Source: an uncultured Methanosarcinales archaeon (GTDB taxonomy: Archaea; Nanobdellota; Nanobdellia; Woesearchaeales; GW2011-AR4). From it: a stretch of 61,892 nucleotides of DNA. Shown here piece by piece: positions 25,301-35,429 of this stretch. Every line of letters begins with the position of its first letter. Position 1 is the stretch's first letter. The notes under the pieces are model-generated. The model did not search any database, was not told the DNA's origin, and saw nothing but the letters and a program-made list of their open reading frames with translations. A program made the translations under genes and the position numbers. The DNA is taken from contig CAYXMT010000001.1 in NCBI GenBank assembly GCA_964466175.1, positions 1 through 61,892 on the forward strand, given 5' to 3'.

Positions 25301-26797
25301 TTAATTATGTGTTGGGGCAGGCTTAAAGTGTTGCGTAGCAGCAACCTTCCCACTCAAACTCCTTAACATATGCTTTGTTATTTCCAAATTAAAGAATTTC
25401 TTCAATTCCAGCCTGCCCTTTACCCCGACAATCAACGGATAGGTTCCAAACTGCCTGCAAAATGTAGTATTGCCGTCATAAATCTCAGCATAGCAATCTT
25501 TAAGCACAGTACCTTTTGGAGCAATACGCTGCAGCATTACCCAATCAATATTCTGCCTTATATCATTTCTCCATTTCCAGTAATATTTTTTATTTTTCCT
25601 CAAAAATTTATCCCCTGCTTGTTCATAGAGCGGAGTTCCCTCAAATATAGCAGCCTGCCTTATGTTAATCCTCCTAAGCATTAAACCATTATCATAAACT
25701 TTCTTCAGCCAAAAAATATTCTCCTCATGAGTTTTCTTGCTCTCCCCTTTTAATCCAAAAATTATGTTTATGCCCGGCAAAAACCTCGGCATTCCATTTT
25801 CTCCCTTTTCCGCACCATATTTATTAAGAATTTTTATTGCATCATAGGCAATCTCCGGGCTTGAATTTAGCATATTTTCCTTGATAACCTCTTTGTCAAA
25901 ACTTTCCACGCCAAAGGCAGCCACATTCCCTGCTGTACAATACTTAACAATGGCCTTTGTTATCTCATTATTTTTATCTGCAACAACCTTTACAGGATTT
26001 ACATTATCTATATGCAGAACTCTAATGTCAGGGCAATTCTTCCTTATGCCTTTCAATAAATCAATTGCATCAGGAAATGTATAGAAGCAATTTTGCTTCC
26101 CCAGCCTGAAAAACCTGCACCCTAGTTTATAGAATTCAATTATCTCTTTCAGAATATCATCTTTATCACGAAATTCAACCCTATTCTTCAGAGGTTCTGT
26201 ACAGAAGCTGCATTTTCCAATATCGCAGCCATGCCCTGTTTCTATCTCTATCATCCTGTAATCAGGAACCTGCTTAACAATTTTTGCACCACCAATTGCA
26301 TAATCTTTAATATCCTTATAAGGAAAATTAAACATAGAATAATCAATCTTGTCAAAAACTGTTTTGTCGTATTTCTCAAAGAATTTCCCTCCCTGAAGCT
26401 GGCTTCCAAAAACAGCAGGACCAGTAAGAATCTTCTTGCAGTTAACCTCGGAAATTAACGGAATAATCTCCTTTAAAGTCCCGGGCATTGCAGAAAGATA
26501 CTTTCCGGGAACATGGACACCAAGAACTACAATTAGGGTACCAGTCTCATTTAAAATTTTATTAACATTTTTATAATTGATTGTTAAATTGTAAGTTGTA
26601 ATGTCAGTTTTCTGTGACAACTTTGTTTCTTTTATTGTTGAACCATGTTTTTTCCATAACCTTAAATCATCAATAGTCAAATAATTGACATCTTCATTCA
26701 GATAGCCTGCTATATACCTTGGATACACTCCCAGATAAGGCGGAACTCCAAGCCCTGCAGCCTCGTCTGTATAGCAGTCTAAAATTGTATATGTCAT
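25301..26797 (-). CDS. Radical SAM protein (498 aa) with Cx4Cx2C motif and a long N-terminal domain
   Basis: ETGHGCDIGKCSFCTEP at about residue 190. Subfamily not recognised. Confidence 0.6.
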   Translation of the reverse strand: MTYTILDCYTDEAAGLGVPPYLGVYPRYIAGYLNEDVNYLTIDDLRLWKKHGSTIKETKLSQKTDITTYNLTINYKNVNKILNETGTLIVVLGVHVPGKYLSAMPGTLKEIIPLISEVNCKKILTGPAVFGSQLQGGKFFEKYDKTVFDKIDYSMFNFPYKDIKDYAIGGAKIVKQVPDYRMIEIETGHGCDIGKCSFCTEPLKNRVEFRDKDDILKEIIEFYKLGCRFFRLGKQNCFYTFPDAIDLLKGIRKNCPDIRVLHIDNVNPVKVVADKNNEITKAIVKYCTAGNVAAFGVESFDKEVIKENMLNSSPEIAYDAIKILNKYGAEKGENGMPRFLPGINIIFGLKGESKKTHEENIFWLKKVYDNGLMLRRINIRQAAIFEGTPLYEQAGDKFLRKNKKYYWKWRNDIRQNIDWVMLQRIAPKGTVLKDCYAEIYDGNTTFCRQFGTYPLIVGVKGRLELKKFFNLEITKHMLRSLSGKVAATQHFKPAPTHN

Positions 26798-26854
26798 AGA
26801 ACTTAAGCAACATTCATGCTATTAAAAAACTTTTTATTCAGGGCAGTATGCAAG

Positions 26855-27331
26855 TTAAATCAGCGAATAACTAAGAACTGCGGCAATTAAACCTATAAGC
26901 AGGCCAACAAGCACTTCCTTAGGATTGTGGCCCAAAGAGTAATTAAATTTATCTACTTTTATATTCTCATATTTGATGATGTTTTCAATCATTTTCCCTT
27001 CTTCCCCTACACTTCTTCTAACTCCAATAGCATCTCTCAAAACAATCAGGGAAAAGGTGATAACTACAAAAAATAATGAGCTGAATCCCTCATTTAGCCA
27101 GATTATTGTTGCAAGTGAACCAACCAAAGCAGAATGTGCACTGGGCATCCCCCCGGTTACAATCCAGTCATTAAAATCAAATTCAAGTGGATTATTGTTC
27201 TTAGATTTTTTTTTATTTCTATGATATTTGAATTTAAAGATAAAAATTTTTACTAATTGTGAAACACTGCCAGCCAATAAGACTGATACAAAGACATTAT
27301 TTGTGAATAAAGCAGTTATTACGCTGACCAT
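26855..27331 (-). CDS. Divergent PAP2 / DUF212 (YuiD-like) membrane protein
   Basis: GGMPSAHSALV and LRDAIGVRR motifs. Confidence 0.7.
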   Translation of the reverse strand: MVSVITALFTNNVFVSVLLAGSVSQLVKIFIFKFKYHRNKKKSKNNNPLEFDFNDWIVTGGMPSAHSALVGSLATIIWLNEGFSSLFFVVITFSLIVLRDAIGVRRSVGEEGKMIENIIKYENIKVDKFNYSLGHNPKEVLVGLLIGLIAAVLSYSLI

Positions 27332-27379
27332 ATTAAAAAAACTTAAATAATAGTTTATAAATATTTCTAATTATCCATA

Positions 27380-28087
27380 ATGAAACAAAAACATCGTCAT
27401 ATCCTTTATATACTGGTTTTATTACTTTTTATTCTTGTTTTTCCCTTAATGCTTAAATTTGGATATTTAGACAAGCTGGACCTGAACCCGCATCAAATCA
27501 AGGAAAGGCTTTTAGAATTCGGGCCATATTCTCCGATTGTACTCATAACTATTCAGTTTGTCTTGGCAATAATATCTGTCCTCCCAAGTGTTTTATTCAG
27601 TGTTGCCGGGGGCTATCTGTTTGGGCCGTTCTACGGTACCCTATACAGCCTTATAGGCATGACGCTTGGTTCTTTAGTGGTATTCCTGATCGCAAAGAAA
27701 TTCGGCAGGCCATTTGCTGAAAGAGTAGTGGACAAAAAGGAATTGCAGCATTTTGATATGTTTTTTAAAAAGAAAGGACTGTTGGTTTTTATCTTTACAG
27801 ATTACATGTCAATATTTCCCAGGGATACTGTAAGCTTGTGTGCAGGGCTGACAAAAATTAAAAAATTAGAGTTTATTATAATATCTTTAATCGGATTTAT
27901 ACCTCCATTAATACTACTTAATTATTTTGGATCGCAGTTATCCAGAAACATTCTTGACTATAAAATCATTGTACTTGGAGCAATTATAGTTGCTTCGCTT
28001 GTTTTATATACTTTTAGGCATAAAATTAAAGGGCTGATAATAAAGGAAATAAAGATATTTGAAGACAAATATGGGAAGAAAAGATAG
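27380..28087 (+). CDS. DedA/TVP38 (SNARE-associated) family membrane protein
   Basis: Multi-TM protein with the ...GGYLFGPFYGTLYSLIGMTLGS... signature. Confidence 0.7.
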   Translation: MKQKHRHILYILVLLLFILVFPLMLKFGYLDKLDLNPHQIKERLLEFGPYSPIVLITIQFVLAIISVLPSVLFSVAGGYLFGPFYGTLYSLIGMTLGSLVVFLIAKKFGRPFAERVVDKKELQHFDMFFKKKGLLVFIFTDYMSIFPRDTVSLCAGLTKIKKLEFIIISLIGFIPPLILLNYFGSQLSRNILDYKIIVLGAIIVASLVLYTFRHKIKGLIIKEIKIFEDKYGKKR

Positions 28088-28104
28088 GACAAGGGATTTT
28101 TAGC

Positions 28105-28449
28105 ATGGTAAGACTGATTGTTTATAATATAGAATATTGTGAGGGTATGACTGGTTTGTGGTGGGAATATCTGGAATTCTGGAAAATTTTTTCCCCTCCA
28201 AAAGGATTAGATCAAAAAATAGTGGACCATATTAAAAAATTAAGACCGGATATTCTTGCACTAGTTGAGGTAGATACTGGTTCATTTCGGGCAAAAAAGG
28301 ATGAAGTGGTATTTTTTGAAAAACAACTGGGGATGACAAGTTTTGTGGAAAAAGTTAAATACCCTTTCCAGGGATGGTTAAAATTATTTCGTTATGTTCC
28401 AATACTGAACAAACAGGCAATGTTCCCAAAAAAGTTACTCTCTTGTTAG
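28105..28449 (+). pseudogene. N-terminal fragment of an endonuclease/exonuclease/phosphatase (EEP) family protein
   Basis: IVYNIEYC...LRPDILALVEVD matches the EEP N-terminus, but the ORF stops after 114 aa. The catalytic C-terminal two thirds are absent in every frame downstream. Confidence 0.45.
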
Positions 28450-28501
28450 CTCATCTCGCCCTATTTCAGCAAGATTTCCGAATATAAATCATGGGAATTC
28501 A

Positions 28502-28804
28502 TTGGTCCAAGTTACAGCAGAAACTGCAATAAAATTAATAGAAAAAGGTAATTGTAAGTTAAATAATAAATTTAAGTTCATATCTGAAACTTTGGGCGGT
28601 GGTTCTGATTTTGTCAGAACAATCAATAACTATAAAAAATTATTGGGATTAAATAACAATCATGATTTCAATACTGCAGATTGCGAGTTAATATGCAGGG
28701 ATACTGGGGGTTACAGACAGAGTAGTATTGATAGGAGTCCTGTAGGATTATCAGAAAAGGACGTAAGAGATATCATTTTTAATTCTTTGATGAACAATAA
28801 ATAA
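28502..28804 (+). CDS. Hypothetical protein (100 aa, TTG start in track)
   Basis: ORF only; no domain recognised. It sits where the rest of the EEP gene would be expected. Confidence 0.25.
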   Translation: MVQVTAETAIKLIEKGNCKLNNKFKFISETLGGGSDFVRTINNYKKLLGLNNNHDFNTADCELICRDTGGYRQSSIDRSPVGLSEKDVRDIIFNSLMNNK

Positions 28805-28900
28805 TAACTTAGTAAAAATTGGCAAGATACTTAATTTTGCAAATACTATAACTCTATTTAGGATATTTATCCTTGCATTCCGAATTAATCCCTACAATTT

Positions 28901-29923
28901 TCAGATTTTAACAATTTGATTGATATATATATATCTGAACATTGATAAATATATGAAGATAAATGCAATTGTCAAAACTTGCTCTTTATAGATAAAATCT
29001 ATTAAGATAGATAGGATTGCAACATATGTCATACCTACAGATATTTTTGCAATAGGTGTGACAGGAATTCTTTGATGTTTCTTCAGAAAAGTAACTTTTG
29101 ATATGGACATTATAGCAACTGGAAAAATTAATAATATTATCCAGATAAAATGTATGTAACCCAAAATAACAAACAGAAAGAAGCTTACCAAAAATACAGA
29201 CCAGTCAGTAAAAGAGTCAAATGCTTTACCGAATTCTGTAACTTGTTTAGTCATTCTGGCTGAGATACCATCAAATCTGTCACTTAATACTATAATTCCG
29301 AAGATGATTAATGAGTAATTTAATTCCGATTTGAGCATCGTAAACACAAACAATGGCAATAGTGCAAAACGCATGAAAGTGATAATATTTGGAATATTTA
29401 GAATTCTCTCATCTAATGTGTCTTTTATTTTGATTATTTGATCCATACCGGAAATTACCGTGAGTGCAACTGCTATCAGCATAAGATGCCAGCTGAACGG
29501 TAAATTTATTATGACTGCTAATATTGCAACTATTTGCGTAACTGTCTTTATTTTTCCTAGTTTGCTGGCCGGAATAACATGTTTGGGTATTACCGCAAAT
29601 CTCAGTATTGTAATAAACCATTCCCGGGCTATTATTATAATTGCCATCCATGCAGGTACGCCCCTCCCAACTAAAAAAATCAGAGCTGCAGAAATAAGAA
29701 GTTTGTCTGCAATAGGATCCAGCACTTCTCCAATACTAGTTACTTGATGTGTTTTCCTCGCGATATAGCCATCAAGGGCATCAGATAATGACAATGCTAT
29801 GAAAATAAAAGCTGCAATATAATCCCTATAAGGCATTTCCACCAAAAGGAAGAAGACAAATACCGGGATGAGAATAATTCTCATATAAGTTATCTGATTT
29901 GGTTTTGAAAAGATGTTTTTCAT
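28901..29923 (-). CDS. Tandem (duplicated) CDP-alcohol phosphatidyltransferase
   Basis: Two complete DGx2ARx8Gx3Dx3D motifs: DALDGYIARKTHQVTSIGEVLDPIADK and DRFDGISARMTKQVTEFGKAFDSFTD. Each is preceded by an N..T..R...P N-terminal helix (PNQITYMRIILIP / IPNIITFMRFALLP). Confidence 0.8.
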   Translation of the reverse strand: MKNIFSKPNQITYMRIILIPVFVFFLLVEMPYRDYIAAFIFIALSLSDALDGYIARKTHQVTSIGEVLDPIADKLLISAALIFLVGRGVPAWMAIIIIAREWFITILRFAVIPKHVIPASKLGKIKTVTQIVAILAVIINLPFSWHLMLIAVALTVISGMDQIIKIKDTLDERILNIPNIITFMRFALLPLFVFTMLKSELNYSLIIFGIIVLSDRFDGISARMTKQVTEFGKAFDSFTDWSVFLVSFFLFVILGYIHFIWIILLIFPVAIMSISKVTFLKKHQRIPVTPIAKISVGMTYVAILSILIDFIYKEQVLTIAFIFIYLSMFRYIYINQIVKI

Positions 29924-29938
29924 GTTATATTTTGGTTT

Positions 29939-30531
29939 TTATGCTTTTTTGCTTTGCCTTTTGCGATGGTAAGGGAATATAAAAAAAACAGCAATTATCG
30001 AACCAAGCAGATTAAAAACCAAATCCAGGGCATTGTTAAGATAATTCCCAACTGATTCTTGAGCTCCAAGGAAAACTACTGCCGTAAATTCCAATATCTC
30101 ATTTACTGCTCCAATGCAATCAAAATCAGCAATAATGAAAATAATATGGGGTGCTGTTTTGTTTTTAAATCCAAATGCGGACTGACAATACTATATGCAA
30201 CAAATGTAGTAATAAATATGCTTAGAATATGTATGACATTATCATATTTTAATATGCCCTGAATAATCCAAAAATCATAAAGTCTAATTCCTGCAATATT
30301 TACGGTTCCACCTACAAGATGCATAAAACCTAAAATAGAAAGACTCCATAAAATAACGGATGATAAGTGCAGTTTTTTATAATATAAGACAATTAATATT
30401 ATTAATGAGGATAAAATTATAGTATAAAATAAAAACTCATAGTTCTTTCTAATAACTGCCACTAACGTAAAGAAAATTAAATAAACCATTGTGAAAGTTA
30501 ATATTAGTCTTGATTCTTTTTTCTTATCCAT
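29939..30531 (-). pseudogene. DUF2238 (YjdF-like) membrane protein interrupted by a frame change
   Basis: Track ORF 30103-30531 ends ...ILIALEQ*. The other frame is open from about 30178 and encodes ...ADFDCIGAVNEILEFTAVVFLGAQESVGNYLNNALDLVFNLLGSIIAV..., which carries the family's conserved C-terminal motif and stops at 29939. The switch must lie in 30106-30180, which contains A5/A4 runs. Confidence 0.5.
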
Positions 30532-30613
30532 ATTGATGCTACAGTGTATGCTTATTTATTAATTTAACTTATTTTATTTAATCAATTAAAGATAACATAA
30601 AGAAATGAAAGTA

Positions 30614-31240
30614 TCACACAGACTTATCAATAATTTTCTTAGCATAAATTATTCTCTGTATGCTCCCAATATAGACAACAATGGCTATTAGATACAGGAA
30701 AATGGATATTGACGGAATTGTCAAGTCCAGGATAGTTATATTGGGTACAAATATACTAATAACAATTGCAATAATTAAAAGCATTAATCTATCCAGCCTT
30801 TCCCCTATTGCTGGCCAGTCATGATTGTCTATGGGCACAACAATAGCCGTTCTTGCCTTAGCATAGCTAATAAGAAGGCTACCGCTCATAACAAGAAACG
30901 TCTCGATAAAAAAACCTGAAAGAGCAAAACCAAAATATATTATTACTTCAACATACTTGTCAATTATTGCATCTAAATAATTGCCAAACTTGGTTTCTTT
31001 TCCCATGGCTCTTGCGACACTACCATCTAAAGAATCCCAGACTGCTGCAAGTAGTATAAAAATAAGGGCTGCAATAACATTTCCTATGGCCAAAAAATAA
31101 GCTGCAACAAATGCCCACAAAATAGCGATCAAAGAAAAAACATTTGGATCAATTCCTGTTTTTGCTATTAATGAGCCTATTTTGTAAAGAGGCTTCTTAA
31201 GGTTCATTCTAAATTTTTTGCCAAACATCTTTTTATACAA
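30614..31240 (-). CDS. CDP-alcohol phosphatidyltransferase (single domain)
   Basis: DSLDGSVARAMGKETKFGNYLDAIIDK motif; multi-TM, 208 aa. Confidence 0.8.
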   Translation of the reverse strand: MYKKMFGKKFRMNLKKPLYKIGSLIAKTGIDPNVFSLIAILWAFVAAYFLAIGNVIAALIFILLAAVWDSLDGSVARAMGKETKFGNYLDAIIDKYVEVIIYFGFALSGFFIETFLVMSGSLLISYAKARTAIVVPIDNHDWPAIGERLDRLMLLIIAIVISIFVPNITILDLTIPSISIFLYLIAIVVYIGSIQRIIYAKKIIDKSV

Positions 31241-31285
31241 ATAATCTCAAAAACCTTTAAATACTTTATCATTAATTCGGGAAAA

Positions 31286-31939
31286 ATGAAATATGACTTG
31301 CATACCCATACTTACCATTCTCCTTGCAGTAACCTTAAGCCGGAGTTGCTTCTTAAATTAGCGAAAAAAAGAGGAATGAATGGCATCGCAGTTACTGACC
31401 ACGATATGATAGAAGGCGCCATTAAGGTGAAAAAGCTCAATAAGGACAAAGATTTTGAAGTTATTATGGGGGATGAGGTAAAGACAAATTACGGTGATGT
31501 CCTTGCATATTATCTGCAGGAAAAAATAAAAAGCAGGGAATTTTTCTCAGTAGTTGATGAAGTTAGGAAACAAGGCGGCTTAATTGCCATTCCGCATCCA
31601 TTTAGGACATCAATAAATCCGACACTTCAGTTTAGGTATCCTTTGGAAAAGGTCAGGGACAAGATCGATGCCATAGAATGTTTTAACTCAAGGATGATTC
31701 CGGGCAATAATGAAATGGCGCAAAAGCTTGCAAAAAAGCTTAAAGTCCCGGGTATAGGAGGTTCAGATGCGCATTTTACATTTGATGTGGGCAGAGCTTA
31801 CACTACTTTTGAAGGGGATTTAAGAACAGCATTAAAAAATAACAAGACAGGCTACAGTGGAACAATATTATATGGGGCACTTAGCGGAACATTTAGCTGT
31901 TTAAGAACCAGAATCCTTAATAAGTTAAGATCATGGTGA
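31286..31939 (+). CDS. PHP-domain metal-dependent phosphoesterase
   Basis: MKYDLHTHTYHS...AVTDHD...IPHPFR...GGSDAH. Confidence 0.75.
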   Translation: MKYDLHTHTYHSPCSNLKPELLLKLAKKRGMNGIAVTDHDMIEGAIKVKKLNKDKDFEVIMGDEVKTNYGDVLAYYLQEKIKSREFFSVVDEVRKQGGLIAIPHPFRTSINPTLQFRYPLEKVRDKIDAIECFNSRMIPGNNEMAQKLAKKLKVPGIGGSDAHFTFDVGRAYTTFEGDLRTALKNNKTGYSGTILYGALSGTFSCLRTRILNKLRSW

Positions 31940-31944
31940 AAATC

Positions 31945-32757
31945 TCATCTTTTTGAATTATTCTTACTGAAAGAAACCATGGATAATGGATTTTCCGACA
32001 TTTTTACCGTAACTTTCTGTCCTGCCATGAATTTATGCTCTCTGCTTAAAGAATCTGCAATCAGAACTCCTTTGATGGATTCAAATACAATCTCTACTTT
32101 CTCATTTTTGTTTAAAATGCCGTTAACCAGCTCGCATTTTGCTGAAACTTTGCCGGAATATGACTCCCTGACAAGATATTCAAATTTATTCGATTGCTCG
32201 GGCAAAATCTTTCCTCCTGCACTTTTTATCCACGCATTGCTGCCTGCCGGAGTTGAAATCAGCACGCCACTGCTCTTTTGCCTTTCCTTTTTCCCTCTTA
32301 TATTAAGAAAATATCTTGCCGTATGGTGTTGTTTTTCTGAAGCTATATAGAATTCATTCAGTGCAAACTCAGAAACTTGTTTATTGCCTATGCGCGCTTC
32401 AAGTCTGCGAAATTTTTTTATATTATAATCCCCCTTCAATACTTTCTTAAACTTTTTCTCAAAATCCTTCTTTGTAGTCACCATAAAAAAACCTTCTTTG
32501 TATCTTGGATTGGAATTTACTCCAAGTGCAAGGGTTTTGTCGAAAATAAAGTGGGCAGTCCTTAAGAATGTCCCGTCGCCGCCAACAGCTATTACCAGGT
32601 CTTTGTTTTGAAATAATCTTTTATTTAGCTCCTCTCTTTTAGAAATTATATAGTTGATTTTATGTTTCTTTAACACTCTTTTGACTAGGTCTAATGCAGA
32701 TTTCTCTTCCCCATCCGTTGGTTGGGCATAGACTACAGCTATATTCTTGATTTTCAT
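31945..32757 (-). CDS. nadK: NAD kinase
   Basis: GGDGTFLR motif; 270 aa. Confidence 0.8.
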   Translation of the reverse strand: MKIKNIAVVYAQPTDGEEKSALDLVKRVLKKHKINYIISKREELNKRLFQNKDLVIAVGGDGTFLRTAHFIFDKTLALGVNSNPRYKEGFFMVTTKKDFEKKFKKVLKGDYNIKKFRRLEARIGNKQVSEFALNEFYIASEKQHHTARYFLNIRGKKERQKSSGVLISTPAGSNAWIKSAGGKILPEQSNKFEYLVRESYSGKVSAKCELVNGILNKNEKVEIVFESIKGVLIADSLSREHKFMAGQKVTVKMSENPLSMVSFSKNNSKR

Positions 32758-35390
32758 TCTATAATCATTGCAACTTTCCCAGGCATTGCCTGTTTTGCTT
32801 TCGGTTCATCGCTTTCCTCTGCCTTTATTATCTCAACATCACAATTGAATTCCTTTTTAATAGATTCTATATTATCCTTCAAAATTTCAAATTCATTTTC
32901 AATAACAACTTCCGGAATCTTTGTAGGATCCTTTGCAAGTTTTGGAACCAGGGCAGAAATTTCCCTGCCGTGCTCTTTAATCATAACAGCTCTAATCAAT
33001 TCTCCAATATTTCTTGTTTTATCCATCTCTTTTTTCAGCTTCTTTAAAAAATTATATTTCCATTTCTCTGCTGTAAACAATTTTATTCTTTTCGGTTCTT
33101 GGATATTTACCAGCTCTAAAACTGCCCTTGTATCAGAAATTGTATTTTCTATCAGCTCATCTTCTGCATCAACTTTCTTGTCAATCTTCTTTTCAGCATA
33201 TTCCGGCCATTTTTGCAGGCTTGAAAATGGCTTATTTCCAATCTTCTCCCACAATTCTTCGCTCAGGTGCGGTGTAAATGGATTTAGCAGAAGTGCAACT
33301 GCCTCTAAGTTCTTTTTTGTCACCTCATCTTTTGAGCTCAAATAGTTAACAAATTCCATTAAATGGACCAAAGCAATGTTAAATTTGAAATTTTCAATGT
33401 TTTCTGTAACAAGCTTTGTTGTTTCATGCATCTTGCTTTCTGATTTCACATCTTTCCCGTTTGCAATTTTTTTCTCAGTCAGGCTCATAACCTTGTTCAA
33501 AAACCTATGGCTTCCCATTATAGCCTTGTCATCCCATTCCATGTCCTTGTCTGGTCCCGCTACAAACAGCAAAAAGAACCTTGCAGTATCTATCCCAAGC
33601 TTCCCGGCAATATCCTCCTGCGTAACAACATTTCCTTTGCTCTTGCTCATTACAACATTATTTTTATGCAGCATTCCCTGATTGAAAAGGTTTAAGGTTG
33701 GCTCATCAATTTTTACTAAGCCTATGTCTCTCAAAAATTTTGTAAAGAACCTAAAATAAATCAAATGCATTGTTGCATGCTCTTTGCCCCCAATGTACAT
33801 GTCAACAGGCATCCAGTAAGCAGCCTTTTTTTTATCAAAAATTTCTTTGTTGTTTTTAGCGTCGCAATACCTCAGAAAATACCATGAAGAATCAACAAAA
33901 GTATCCATTGTATCTGTTTCACGCTTTGCTTTGCCGCCACATTTAGGACATTTTGCGTTTACAAAACCAACAGCACTTGCAAGCGGATTCCCTTTCCCGG
34001 AAAAGCTAACCTTATCCGGAAGTTTAACCGGCAGTTCTTTCTCCGGAACAGGCACAGTACCGCACTTATCGCAATAAACTATTGGAATAGGACATCCCCA
34101 AAACCTCTGCCTGGATATAAGCCAGTCTCTAAGTTTGTATTGTGTAACTTTTTTACCAAGGCCTTTTTTATTAAGGAATTTAGTAATCTCATCAATAGCA
34201 TTCCTGTTGCCTATTCCATTAAAATTTCCTGAATTTACCAAAACACCATTATCTAAATAAGCCCTGCTCATCTTTTCCGGTTTTATTTCATGATCTTGAG
34301 GAGTAATAACAACTTTTATTGGAATGTTATATTTTTTTGCAAATTCGAAATCTCTCTGGTCATGGGCCGGAACAGCCATTATTGCACCAGCGCCGTACTC
34401 CAATAAAACAAAATTTCCAATATAGATAGGAACTTTTTCATTATTTACTGGATTGATTGCATATTTTCCAATAAACATTCCTTCTTTTTCCTTGTCTTCA
34501 GCTGTTCTTGTAAATTTATCTTCTAAAACGATTTTTCTGACAAATTTCTTTACATCCTTTTCGTATTTTGTCCCTTTTACAAGCTTCATTACTTTTGGAT
34601 GCTCTGGAGCATAAACCACAAATGTAACTCCAAATAATGTATCTGTTCTGGTTGTAAATACAGGTATAACTTCACCAGTACCTTCTATCTTGAAATTTAT
34701 TTCAGTTCCGTAACTTTTCCCAATCCAGTTCTTTTGCATTACTTTGACATCCTCTGCCCAGCCCTTTAACTTGTCAATGCCTTTTAGAAGCTCGTCAGCA
34801 TAATTAGTTGTCTTAAAGAACCATTGCGAAAGCTCTTTTGCAGCCACATTCTGCTCTGTATGCCTCCAGCATTTCCCATTATGAACTTGTTCATTAGCAA
34901 GTACTGTATTGCATTTAGGGCACCAGTTTACAACAGCCTCTTTTTTGTAAGCTAAACCCTGCTCATACATCTTTAAGAAAATCCATTGATCCCATTTATA
35001 GTACTCAGGAGTATGGCTAGCAATCATTCTTGACCAATCATAGCTTAAGCCAAGTTCTTTTTGCTGTTTTATAAAATTTTTAACAGCATTTTCAATGAAA
35101 ATTTTTGGATGGGACTTTGCTGCAATAGCCGCATTCTCTGCAGGCAATCCAAAACTGTCATAGCCCATTGGGTAAAGAACATTAAAACCATTCATCCGTT
35201 TATAGCGTGCAAAACAGTCTCCTATGCAGTAATTTCTTGCATGGCCCATATGCAACCCGGAACCAGAAGGATAAGGATACATCTCAAGAACATAGTATTT
35301 CTTTTTCGCAGAATCTTCTTTTACCTCAAATATTTTTGAAGATTCCCACTTTTTCTGCCATTTCTTGGCTATCTTGCCCAAGTCTGCCAT
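32754..35390 (-). CDS. leuS: Leucyl-tRNA synthetase, bacterial-type sequence pattern
   Basis: YPSGSGLHMGH (HIGH), GYDSFGLPAENAAI, VMSKSKGN (KMSKS). 878 aa. Confidence 0.9.
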   Translation of the reverse strand: MADLGKIAKKWQKKWESSKIFEVKEDSAKKKYYVLEMYPYPSGSGLHMGHARNYCIGDCFARYKRMNGFNVLYPMGYDSFGLPAENAAIAAKSHPKIFIENAVKNFIKQQKELGLSYDWSRMIASHTPEYYKWDQWIFLKMYEQGLAYKKEAVVNWCPKCNTVLANEQVHNGKCWRHTEQNVAAKELSQWFFKTTNYADELLKGIDKLKGWAEDVKVMQKNWIGKSYGTEINFKIEGTGEVIPVFTTRTDTLFGVTFVVYAPEHPKVMKLVKGTKYEKDVKKFVRKIVLEDKFTRTAEDKEKEGMFIGKYAINPVNNEKVPIYIGNFVLLEYGAGAIMAVPAHDQRDFEFAKKYNIPIKVVITPQDHEIKPEKMSRAYLDNGVLVNSGNFNGIGNRNAIDEITKFLNKKGLGKKVTQYKLRDWLISRQRFWGCPIPIVYCDKCGTVPVPEKELPVKLPDKVSFSGKGNPLASAVGFVNAKCPKCGGKAKRETDTMDTFVDSSWYFLRYCDAKNNKEIFDKKKAAYWMPVDMYIGGKEHATMHLIYFRFFTKFLRDIGLVKIDEPTLNLFNQGMLHKNNVVMSKSKGNVVTQEDIAGKLGIDTARFFLLFVAGPDKDMEWDDKAIMGSHRFLNKVMSLTEKKIANGKDVKSESKMHETTKLVTENIENFKFNIALVHLMEFVNYLSSKDEVTKKNLEAVALLLNPFTPHLSEELWEKIGNKPFSSLQKWPEYAEKKIDKKVDAEDELIENTISDTRAVLELVNIQEPKRIKLFTAEKWKYNFLKKLKKEMDKTRNIGELIRAVMIKEHGREISALVPKLAKDPTKIPEVVIENEFEILKDNIESIKKEFNCDVEIIKAEESDEPKAKQAMPGKVAMIIE

Positions 35391-35429
35391 CTAAACAAAG
35401 AAACAAAGAGTGTTTTTATAGTTTTTTAT

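Noticed and set aside
28470-28890. TTCCGAAT words at about 28477 and about 28878 as target-site duplications flanking an insertion in the EEP gene.
   Set aside because: Only 8 nt match before the sequences diverge, which is within chance for this composition. No transposase, integrase or terminal inverted repeats are present.
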